DNA of 64,000 nucleotides. It comes from Lama glama. Lineage: Eukaryota. The notes beneath the pieces were generated by a model that had not been told where the DNA came from, searched no databases, and worked only from the letters and a program-made list of their open reading frames with translations. This document shows positions 50,701-62,700 of the stretch, one piece after another. The stretch covers positions 36,582,001 to 36,646,000 of the forward strand of contig CM052817.1 of NCBI GenBank assembly GCA_028534125.1, in the 5' to 3' direction. The first letter of the stretch is position 1. Each line of letters opens with the position of its first letter. The translations under genes and the position numbers were made by a program.

Positions 50701-53700
50701 AAAGGTAGTAAGCCAACTTGAATTCTGTTCGGTAAGGCTATTCACTGTCAGACTAACTTTCTCTTAATGAAGATGATCTAGTGTTCTTTTTCTCTTTTGG
50801 TTGATAGGAGTTGATGATGACTCCTTTATGATTTTTCTGTTATTCTTAAGCCCTCTGTCACCCCAAACCCTCATATTCCCAGTTCATTGGTCCATCCTTT
50901 TTAAGAAAGTCAGTTTAACCAGTTATTTGGTGGGTGGTTGATTTTATTATCATTTATTGCATTATTGCATTTCTGTTGAGTACTGAAAGATGGCATGTTG
51001 TTGGATCTAATGGAATATTACTGACTTCTTACCACACTTGCCATAATTTTCATACTTCACTGCTGTTGCCTTTTAAGTTTTCACACCGAGACCTTGTATT
51101 CTTCTTTGAGATGTACTGCTAGTTGCTCCAGACAGTTTTGTACTTGTTATTTGGCATATCCGTCCGAACATGAGCACTTTTGTGTCCTGTCACTCAAAGG
51201 TAAGTTTTTATTCTTTTAGAGTAGATTTGATGTCATTGTGGAGCAAGTGCTGTAAAAAAGGTCAACATGGGTACCCATCATTCAACAGCGAGATGATACA
51301 ATGTGAGTTATGCATTAGTTTTTTTTATTTGGAAAATAAATTTCTCTTGCCTCTAAAAATGGTTTAGATATGTCTTGTCCAAGTCATATACAGCCAGCCC
51401 CCTCGGTATCTGTGTATTCCTTACACACTGAGGTTGGCGGAGCTCATGCATGCGTAGGACTGACTGTACAGCTCAGTTTATAGAAGGGTCTTGAGCATCT
51501 GTGGATTTCGATATCGGTGGGGATCCTGGAAGCAGTCACCTGCGGATACGGAGGGACGAGTCTATGTGGTAGTTCTAGGCAGGGGTGATTAGAATGTGGA
51601 GCTGTTTCTAACAGGACACCAGCTTTCTGCATCTTTCGGTGCTAGCCTGCCTTCACAGCTGCAAACAGGCCTGGTGCCTCCAGGTTGCATGTTCAGCTTA
51701 CTTGCCTCCTCAGTGAGCTATGTTCAGGGCAGTGGCAATCTCACAGGACAAGGACAGAGCCTTACGTCTCCCTGGGTATCTGCCTGTAGCGGGGAAACTC
51801 TTTTTCAGAAATGTCAATACTAGAATGTTAGCTTAAGACAGGGGTAGGCAACCTTTTCTGTAAAAGGTCAGAGAGTAAATACTCAAGGCTCTGTAGGTCA
51901 GTGGTCTTTGTCTCAGGTAGTCATTTCTGCCATTTTAGCAAGAAAGCAGCCAAAAATAATGCATTAAAAGAAAGGAACATGGCTGTGTTCCAATAAAACT
52001 TTATTCATGGACACTGAAATTTAAATTGTATATAAATTTCATGGGGCAAGAAATATTATTCTTGTTGCTTTTTTCCCAACCATTAAAAAAATGGTATAAA
52101 GTGTTCTTAGCTCATGGGCTAACCAGAAATAGGAGAGAGGCCCTGTTTGGCCTGGGGGCCATAGCTTGGTGACTTTTAATTTAGGGTTTTTTAATCTTGT
52201 GAATGTGTCTTTTACTTCTCTAAGTGTTTAAATGTGGAGCTATTAAAATGTTTTATGGCTTCCTGTTGACAAGCCTTGTACAGCTAATCTTAAGCCATAA
52301 TTAGGTTTGAACTAGTCATTTACATAAGTCAGACTTTGCCTCTGAAAATGCATTTAACCAGAGGTTATCTTTGGAAGGTCTTGGAATGAATGGATTATCT
52401 GTATAGGAAGATTTAATGTCCATTTAGTGTGCCAAAGTTTTTCTGACTGTACAATCAATTTGGAAAACCTTATCATAGTTCTTGGAGATTCATTGTTTCT
52501 ATTAGCACGTTTAACATTTGACTGTGGATTAATTTTTTCAGTGATGGCCATAAACATCCTTCAGAATTCACCTTGAGAAAATGTTGGTAAACACACTTGA
52601 ACAAAGACAGAATGACATATTTAGGGAATTTCTTTTTTCTCTCCCTTTTGTTCAAAAGAAGCCAAGTGCACAGAACTTGTAGATAGGATGTCTTTGCTCC
52701 AGTGAGCGATGTTTAGTTTTCCTTTTTATTTTCTTTGCCTTAATGCAAGAAGGTATAAATAGGCACACTTTATAAAAGCATGACAAAATTGTGAGATTGA
52801 TCACTTTGTCAATGTGTTTAAAATTTTTCTTTGAAGATACTTCTAGAACTTTGAAACCCTTAGGAAGCATCTTAATCATAGTCCTGACAGTCTGTTAATA
52901 TAAGTTACCAAGTTTGAATGCAAAAGAAGCAAAGCATGTGGAGTGTCCAGTTTTTAAAGTCTGAATATTCTTAGAGTTATACGGTGTGAAAGCATGGACT
53001 TGTATACGTGTGCAGGCATGTGTGCTGATGGAGTCACTATTATTTATTTTGGAAGCTTGATCTGTTGACATGAAGTATAGTATATTTTTAAGGTAATTAA
53101 TATATGCCAGGGTAATAGATTTTTTTCAAATATCTGACTGTCTTTTTAGGCATTTTTTTAAGGACATCTCTAATCATACTTTTTCCAGACTCTGATCTTC
53201 ACAAACTAGTCTTCACAGATCATGATCCTGTTTTCCAGTTTTGTTTGCTTCAGCTAAAAGTATCTTTACAAGTTATTTTACAAGTTTTAATACTATTGAA
53301 CAGTTGTAGTAATGAGTTGTTGTTTTGTTTTGTTTTGTTTTGTATTTTTAACTTTGGAGATTCCAAGATACATGGTAGGATATTGTATTTTTTTAAGATT
53401 ATCATTTCTTATATATTTATATTTCATATATTTAATAAAATTTAATTTAGAAGTACAATAAGTAGAATTTCCTTGAATAAAGTATAATATAACCCTTAAC
53501 CCTTCCCTTATAGAAGTGTCCTTAAGAGACATTTTATCAGTCTTAAAAACAGAAGTGATCTTCATCTAGTCTTCTTAGGAGTCATCAAAGAGACTGAGTG
53601 AGTGAAGGTTGGTGAGAGTGGCAGAGAATGGGCAACTAAGTTCTGCTGTTGACTGTAGGCCTTACGGACTGAGGTTGCTGGAAAGGCAGTGACAGGAGCA

Positions 53701-56700
53701 TTGGTATTGAAGCACTTGGGTGTCCTCAGAGACAGCTGGCTGAATGCTTTGGTAACAGTGACAATGCACTTTTCCAGCACAGGCATAGACTGTCCCCAGG
53801 TCAGATGGGTGGGCCCCAGCTTACCCCTACTTCCTTATTGTGCAAAATTCCATTGTTAGAATTTTTTCATGTGTGCTTTAAATTTTTTTAAATTTTTATT
53901 TATTTTTCATGTTAAGAGTAAAGATATCCTGTTTTTACTGGAACCTCTTGAAATATCAAACTGTGCATGTTCACTGGCACAAAGGTTAAGAGTTCAGGCC
54001 AGAGCTCTGAGCCATTTGGACTTTATTTTATACCCCAGACTACTTTGCTAGGTACTTGTGTTGTTCTGCGACACTATATGGCCTTTCCAGTCCCCATAGC
54101 CTGAACTGGACCATGAACTGGCGGTGCCTGGTCAAGCACTGGGAGGAATCTTGGCTTTTCTCTTTTGTTCTCTTGTCAGTCTTCCCAGCACACAGATGAA
54201 TTGTTTTATTTTAATTTAAAAAGCAGTCTAAATAACAAGCACTGCTTTCTATTTTCACAAAGACTCTGGCAAGGCCATTTAAAATATCTACATCAGTGGA
54301 GGGATTTGATTGTGGAGCCAGATACATTTGAATACTAAATGGTGTGTTAAGTTTTTACCTTTAATTGAAACTCTCTCTTTTTTTTTTTTTTTTTTTGGAA
54401 AAGATCATTGTAACAGCCATCCTGGGACTGGTTATAGGTGCCATTTTCTATGACCTGAAACATGATCCTACAGGAATCCAGAACAGGTGAGTAAATTTGG
54501 GTCCTGATTTTGAGAAAGTGCTATTACTTTTTTTCTAAGCTTATGAAAATCCATTAAAAATATGAATTTGAGACAAGCACAGGGTAAATTGAGCAGTAGG
54601 ATAAGTAAATGAATTGAAAGCCAAATGGAGGAGTTAGTTTTCATATTCATGTGTATATATACAATGGTAAAATACACAGAACATAAAATTTACCCTGTAA
54701 ACCAACTTTAAGTGTATAATTCAGTGGCATTAATCACATTCACATTATTGTGCAACCATCCCCACCATCCAGCCCTGGAACTTTTTCCATCTTCCCAAAC
54801 TGAATCTCTGTACCCATTGGACACCAACTCCCCATTCCTCCTTTCCCCAGCCCCTGGAAACCACCATTATACTTTGTCTCTGATTTCAACTATTCTAGAC
54901 ACCTCATATAAGTGGACTTATAGAGTGTTTGTCCTTTGGTGACTTGCTTGTTTTCCTTAGCGTAGTATCTTCAAGGTTCGTCCATGTTGGAGCATGTGTC
55001 AGAAATTTTTCTTTTTCAAGACTGAATACTATTTCATTGTATGGATAGGCCACATGTTGTCCATAAGTTTATCTGTCTATGGACACTTGTTTCTACCTTT
55101 TGGCTGTTGTGAATAATGCTGCTAGGAACATGAGTACACAAATAATACCTGTTTGAATCCTTGCTTTCAGTTCTTTTGAGTATATACCCAGAAGTGGGAT
55201 TTTTGGATCATTTAGTAATTCTGTTGATTCTTTGAGGAACTGCCATCCTATCTTTTACAGCAGCTGCACCATTTTGCATTTCTGCCACAAGTGCACAGGG
55301 TTTCAGTTTCTCCTGAGCCTTGCCACACTTATTATTTTCTGGTTTTTCCTGTTTTTGTTTCATATATATACATATATATATGTATGTATGTAATAGCCAC
55401 CCTAATTGGAGTGAAGTGGTATCTCATTGTGGTTTTGATTTGTATTTCCCTAATGATTATCATTGAGCATCTTTTCATGTACATATTGTTCATTTGTATA
55501 TCTTTGGAAGAATATCTATTGGAATTCTTTACTCATTTCCTAATTGGATTAAAAGAATTGTTGAGCTGTAAAACTTCTTTATATATTCTAGGTATTAACC
55601 CCTTATCAGATATAAATTTGCAAATATTTTCTGCCATTCTGTGGATTGTTTTTTCACTCTGCTGGTAACGTCCTTTGATGCACAAAAGTTTTGAAGTTTG
55701 ACATAGCCCAGTTTATCTATTTTTAATTTGACATAGCTCATTTTATCCATATTTTTCTTTTGTTGCCTGTGAGTCAATTTCCTTTTTAATTTTTGATTTG
55801 TTTGACATGGGGAGGTGGTTGGGAGTCAGTTTTTTCTAACTGTTGTATGGTTAGTACTGAAGTTAATTTTCCTTACCTGGTTTCAGTCATACCATGCCCA
55901 TAAAACTTGTTTCCTGATGAGACTTTGTAATGGCTGTAGCATGCTCTGAACGGAGGTGCTGAGCAGTGTGGGAGCTGCTGACTTCTCCTTGGCTTTGTGT
56001 GTTGAGAGCCACCCTGGGCCGGGCAGTGTCCCCTGTGCTGTACACTTGGGGTCTCAGGTTACCCTCCCCGCCAGAGTAGGGGTGGTGTTAGCCCCCCATC
56101 TCACTGCTCGGCAGAGTTGCGGCACCTTAAGTTGAATCTATTTTGTCTGGAAAGGGGGGTTGTTTGTGAAAGAAAGAGGAAACATTAAAGTCAGTTCTCA
56201 TTCAGGTGGAGTAAGGTATCTCCTGTGTGGGATCAGACAGTGAGACAGTTACTGGGGCTTTTTCCCCCGGAGTTATGTCATTGCTTTTTCTTTTCACCTT
56301 CCCCGAGGGCAGAGTTGCTCTCTGGCTTAATTCCAAACTTGCTAGGAATTGCCCATTTGTACCCTTTGTAGATGCCATGTTTTCTTGAATCACAGAGTAT
56401 GTACCACAGGATCTAGAGCTGTGGGTCTTCTGTGCTGAGGGAAGCATTTGGGAAAAGCTATTGGGAAACCTGCCCTCAACTGGACTTTTAGAGAGGAACT
56501 GGAGATCTGTTCATCCAAGCTCTTGGTAGAAGACTCCAGAGAAATAAAGAAGAGTGTAAGCTGTTTCTTCACATGTTTTCTGGAGAAATAGAGCATTGGG
56601 TTATTTTCATTTTTATTTTTGACGTAAGCTTGCCACCACTTTTTTTTTTAAATCATTTGAAATTGCTCTGGAGGCCAGTGTGGTTTGGCTCTCTTTTTGA

Positions 56701-59700
56701 GGAATGAATTATTCCAGAGAGATGCTTTCTTTGCTCTTTCCCTAACCTGTATAATCATGGGTAGAATGACAGCTTCTTTGACCTAACGACACCTTATAAA
56801 ACTGTGGAGGTGAGAGTTAAACAGATTAACGTCTATTAAAAGAAAAGGTATTTAAAGAATTTTTATGATCCATAAGTAGACACTACCGACATGAATTACC
56901 ACCTTGGAAAGTACTAGAATACATCAAATTCTTTAACAATAAAAACTCTATACTATAACATAAATTATCTTATGATTTAGAGGGAATTTCACTATCTCCA
57001 GGTTTAGAATCATTAGGAACATCATTGTACTGTTAGATGTAAGACTCAACACGTTGAGCCGAATTGCCCCACATTTCTGAAATTAGCTTTCACACGGATT
57101 ATTAGGCTTATTTGTGTGCAGAAAGTAGCATGGGTGCTTGTGTGTAGGCCTGGGTGTTTTCCTTTTATTCATTATTGTATAAACATTCACTTTTAAAACA
57201 GCCTGTTCCCTAACTCCTTTACTTGGGGGAGTGTTAAAAACAATTACCGAGTATCTATGGACTCTTCTTTTGGACATTTACACACTTTGGGTTTACATTT
57301 TTTAAATTCTCTTACTTGTGTGTCATTTAAGTGACATGCCACTTTATCTCTGTCAGTTCCAACTCACATCCTCAATGTCAATTGAACTGTTTGTTTAGGA
57401 AGGAAAGCCCGACACTGTTTCAGGAGTGTTGGCGTGCATTCATAGAAATCATTTTTCTCTCAAAGTGTAGATTAACTGAGTACTTTTCCTTTTCGAACTT
57501 CAGTTATTTTACTGAGAGAGAAGCATTAATAATCTTCCTTTTCTTACAGGTGCACAGATTAATTTTTCCTTTATGAGCATCCCTTTGTTTTCTTTTTTGA
57601 GCCCACTGGGAAGAAACCATGTTGGCAATGAGTTTTCAAGGAGAACACCAAGGCTGTGCTGATGGTTGTGAGGCGGATCTGTACAGTCAGGTGTCAGTTG
57701 AGGTTTCCCTCCACTGTCTTTCTCTTGCCTCCTTCTGTCTTTGTTTCTTCTTTATTCAACTTTTAAAAAAGTGGCTAACAGAGGTTTTTAACCTTGGCAA
57801 GCTTTATTTGGCTCACTGTTTCTCTGTTCATACATTAGGCACAGTACTTAGAGGTTTGTTAGTTAAAATCCAAGGTGATAGTATTTTTATGGTCTGTTTA
57901 ATCATCAGCTTGGTCCACAGACTGTGCCAGAGAATCACAGACTGGGTGGCTTAAAGCACAGAAATATACTTCTGCAGTTCTGGAGGTCAGGTTGCCAACA
58001 AGGTTGGGTTCTGAAGAGGGCCCTCTTCTAATTTGCTCCTCCTTGCTGAGTCCTTGGACGGCAGAGCGAGAGCTCTGGTGACTCTCCCTTCTATTCTAAG
58101 GGCACTAATTCATTGTGGGGCCCCACCCTCGTGACCTCGTCTAAACCTAACAACCTCCCAAAGACACCATCTCGAAGTATCACTGCATTGAAGGTTAGGG
58201 CTTCAGCACAGGAGTTTTGAGAGAATCCAGTTCAATCCATAGCAAACCAGGACTGTGAATTTCAAGCTGTGATATATGGAGCCCCAAGGGTACTACTCTG
58301 GAGACGCAGGGGTTGGGAGAGACCTGATGGGGTTCATATTTCCCTGCATTTTAACCAGAACATGTGTTTTTTTGTGTGTGTCATATGTTAAGATATCATT
58401 TGAGGGAAGAGTTTTGCAGGTAGAGAGATGATTTAAGACTGTTCAATTGATGGCAATGCCCTTGTTCCCCTTCTCTCATCACAGAGCCGGGGTGCTCTTC
58501 TTCTTGACAACCAACCAATGTTTCAGCAGTGTGTCGGCCGTGGAGCTCCTGGTGGTTGAGAAGAAGCTCTTCATGTGAGTGGGTCTCTGTTTCAGGAAGG
58601 GCACTGTTGGTCAAGCTGGTCACATCCTGAATTAGGCTGTGCCTGGGTTCCTGGGGATTATCCATGTTGATTGAAAAAGAGCAACCAGAGCCAGGGAGGA
58701 AAATCTTGAGCATGTGGGGCCTGATACCAAGGGAAAAAGGAATTTCAAGATTAGAGCAGAGCCTGCAAATCCAAGTGCTGCAGAGAAAGCAAGCAGTAAA
58801 GAGGCTGCAAGGGATCTTTTGTTTTTAGCAAATAAGAAGCCATGATGACCTTCACAAGGGGCTTGGTAGAGAGAAGGGAGTGGATTGAACAGTAAATTCA
58901 AAGGAGGAGGTAAAGTTGAGCAAGAAGGTTAGCCCACGACGGAAGGGCGAATGGAAGAAGCCAGAAGGCAGCCTTAAAATAAAGATGGTCTGTTTTGTTT
59001 GTGTTTTTCAAAGTTGAAAGAGACTTGCATATTTACATGTTGAGGAAAGGAATCCTTAGGGAAAGAATGAAGATATTGATGGAATAATTTGAAATTACAG
59101 GAGGAAGACCTCAGGAAGAGGAGGGATCTAGAACTTCAGAGGGGAGAGAGTAGGATTTGGTAGCTGATGGGTGTGTGGTTGGCAGTCATGATCACGGAAA
59201 GAAGTGCCATTTTCCTTTTTTTTTATTATGAGAGTGGGAGAAGTAAAACAAGGTCAGTGGTCCAGAGCTGCACTTGAGGCTCAGGGAAGAGCAACGCCAC
59301 CTTCTTCATGATTAGAAGTAGGGAGAGAAAAGCCCCTCTGCCCACCAAGCTCAGCTAGAGAAGCGTTGGCCTTCAAGGAGATCTGGTGCTGGGACAGGGA
59401 GGAGACGCAGAGCCTGCCCACCTGGAGCGGGTGTTCAGGATGCAGACTGGGCGCATTGGGAGGGAGTTCGATAGTGAGACGAGGAGTCACTGCCCAGAGC
59501 TCTGCGGGGCTCAGAGGAGGCGCACACTTAAGATGCTGACAGGAAGGGGATGGGAAGGGATAAATTTGGGAGTTTGAGATTTACAAGTGTTAGCCACTAT
59601 GTATAAAAATAGATTTTTAAAAAACTTTCTGCTGTAGAGCACAGGGAACTATGTTCAATATCTTGTAACAACTTTTAACGAAAAAGAATATGAAAACAAA

Positions 59701-62700
59701 TATATGTTTGTATATGCATGACTGGGACATTGCGCTGTACACCAGAAATTGACACACTGTAACTGACTGTACTTCAATTAAAAAAGGAAAAGATGCCGAC
59801 AGGGATGAAGGGTGGTCGGTGGGCCTCGCGGATGTGGAAGCTGTAGTTGTTAGACCCCTGGGGGCAGCAGAAGTCTGTATAGCAGGTGGTTTAATCTTCT
59901 GGTCTGTGCCTTCTTAAACTAATGGAGGGTGTGTGATATGAATTTTTGCTTTTAGACATGAATATATCAGTGGATACTACAGAGTGTCATCTTATTTCTT
60001 TGGAAAACTGTTGTCTGATTTTCTACCCATGAGGATGTTGCCAAGCATCATATTTACTTGTATAACGTACTTCATGTTAGGTAAGCCACGGGACAGAAGA
60101 TATGTGTCTTTAGTCTTGGAGATGAGGGGACTTTTTGCAAGCGGGCTTTGGTTCTCAAAACAGTAAAGCAAACCATGAGAAAGGAAGCATCCAGTCATTA
60201 TGTATGCTCTCAAATAACTGTTCTCGGAGGGGATTTTTGTCAAGACTTTTCCCAAAGTAGCTTTTAAAACTGTTTATAAAACTATATTTTATAGGGATAC
60301 TGTGTGTCATATGCAACATGGAAATTATTCATAAAACTATTTGACCCTGTGTTGGAGGAGCTAGAGCTGGGGTATTTATTACTTATCTATTTCTTTTTTA
60401 TTTGTGTATGTGTACAAAGACAGTGAAAGATAGTGACTTCTGGAGCTTACTGGTTTAGTAAAAGTATTTGTTTGATAGATGTAGACAGATTGATTTATGC
60501 ATTATGTTGAGGCTATACCCTAGGCTCATTACATCAGAATTTCCATATATGTCACACACACACACACACACACACACACCCCAAGATATAGTTTTTTTGA
60601 CAAAGCATTACTGATTGAGTTTAAACTTCCATTTTACAAATAAGAGATGTGTCGTAAAGAATTAGGCATAGAACCTAGGTCCTCAAATTCCTATCTACTC
60701 TATAGTATTCTTATGGCTCTTGCAAAATCTGCAAATTTTTGTATGACCCATAATGTTAGCCCATTTTAGTTTATAAAGCAGCTTTATGAAGCTTAATTTA
60801 ACCCCATCCTCAATCTCAGAGTTGTAGGATTATTTGTCTTGGGAGACCTGGATTATGGACACACTCCCCCAGACGTTAAAACCACTGGAGGTCAGGTAGT
60901 CCTGACCTTCCCAGTATCTTCACTAACGCAGTTACAGCGAACAGTGAGTAATGGGTGATGTCTGGGGAAAATGAGTGTGCTCTTGGCAAGTTTCCTCGTG
61001 AGAAGAGGAGGCAGAAGAATTGTGTCCAGTTGTGTTGCCTGCAGCTCTCCATCTCAGGCACTCAGAAGTTGTTAATTACAAACAAAGAAGCCAGAGCCTT
61101 CCATGCTTATGCAGTGAGTGTGAAAAAGAAAACCGTATAACTTGGTACAGTTATATCGGGGAAAACAGTGAAATTGGTGACCCAGGTTGGTTGGATAGAG
61201 GATGAAATTTTTTTGATACTGATTTCTCAAAATATTATGGTGTTATTTACATAATAAACAATCCCTGATAGACAGTGACCTAGGCTGTTGGATTAACCCC
61301 CTCTTTTCTTCCTGACTAAGGACTGAAACCAGTGGTGGAGGCCTTCTTCATCATGATGTTTACCCTGATGATGGTGGCGTACGCGGCCAGTTCTATGGCA
61401 CTGGCCATAGCAGCAGGTCAGAGCGTGGTCTCCGTAGCAACACTTCTCATGACCATCTGTTTTGTGTTTATGATGGTGAGTAGGAACTGTGCTTCCCTGA
61501 GATGTAATTATTTTTCCTCATTCCTTTCTGCAGATTCACCTGTCATGTAAAATCTGCTTTGAGGTTTCCTGCTGTCAGGAAGCCCTATACTGAAGTATAG
61601 CTTATATTATTAGGCAACGTACCAGCTCTTTCTTGATCTTACCCAGCCTTTTTGGCTACTGCTCTAACATGGTTATTATAATCCTAGTCAATGTGTCATT
61701 ACAATGAGCTTTTAAAAGATACCTCTCAGTGACATATCGTGAAAGCTTGATAAATTGGAACTTTGAAAACCAGAAAAATTTTGCTTTTTCAAATTGTAAA
61801 CAGGTTTTAAAATGACAGGTTCATTGTCTGAGTTTTGTGCTGATGTGAGAGGACTGCTGGCTTGTTTCTCCAGCAGCTGGTTGGGCTGAATCTCCTGCTC
61901 CCCAAGGGAGAAGCTAAACTGCATGAGAATAGAGCAGTATATGGCATGGGTCTGTCTTGGGTCTCTCTTGTATTTTGAAAAGGAGTGTTTAAAAAAATAC
62001 TGAAAAATTCCAGTACTAGGAGCCCTCCTTTCTGGGTTCCTGACATTCCCTTATATCAATACATTTCTGCTTACCTTTTTTAAACATTTACTTAATCCTA
62101 ACCTCACATGGTCCTAAGTTTTGTGTACACAGTAGTGAATCTGCAAGTGAAGGGAACCAGCTACCACATTTCCCACCAACACTGAGCAAACAGGAATGTG
62201 TAGCCTATTTACTTAATACACATACCTTTTCTGCTAGGGTAAGATCACATATATTTAAATGGTAGGTAATTAGCACAGGCTCTTACCAAAGTTTAATTCT
62301 TCCATTTCTGAGTTTGAAAGCTACGAATCTAAACATTATTGAGAAAATGATAAGCTTCATGTATATTTTCTATAATGTCATTCAATAAATAAGATGTTCT
62401 TCAAATATAAAAATGTTTTGTTTGATATTATTAGATGCTTTGATTTATTGTTATTTAAGGGTTTGTATGTAGAACTTTAAAAATCAGTTATAAGACTGTA
62501 TTTTACTCAGCAATGCTGTGTGTTATGTATTAAGCACTAGGTTGGGTCAAGCTTAAAAATCCGTAGTCACACCAGAAATATTGTCATTGTTACGCCCATC
62601 CCAGCATGCCTTGTGCCAGTTAGGAAAAGTTTTATGTGAACCTCTTCTTATGTAGCTGTCTCTTGCTGGAGTGATCCTTCATATCCATCGCAATACTGCT

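Noticed and set aside
55697..55757. ~30-bp tandem duplication (tttgacatagc...)
   Set aside because: Local slippage inside an old L1; no functional indication.
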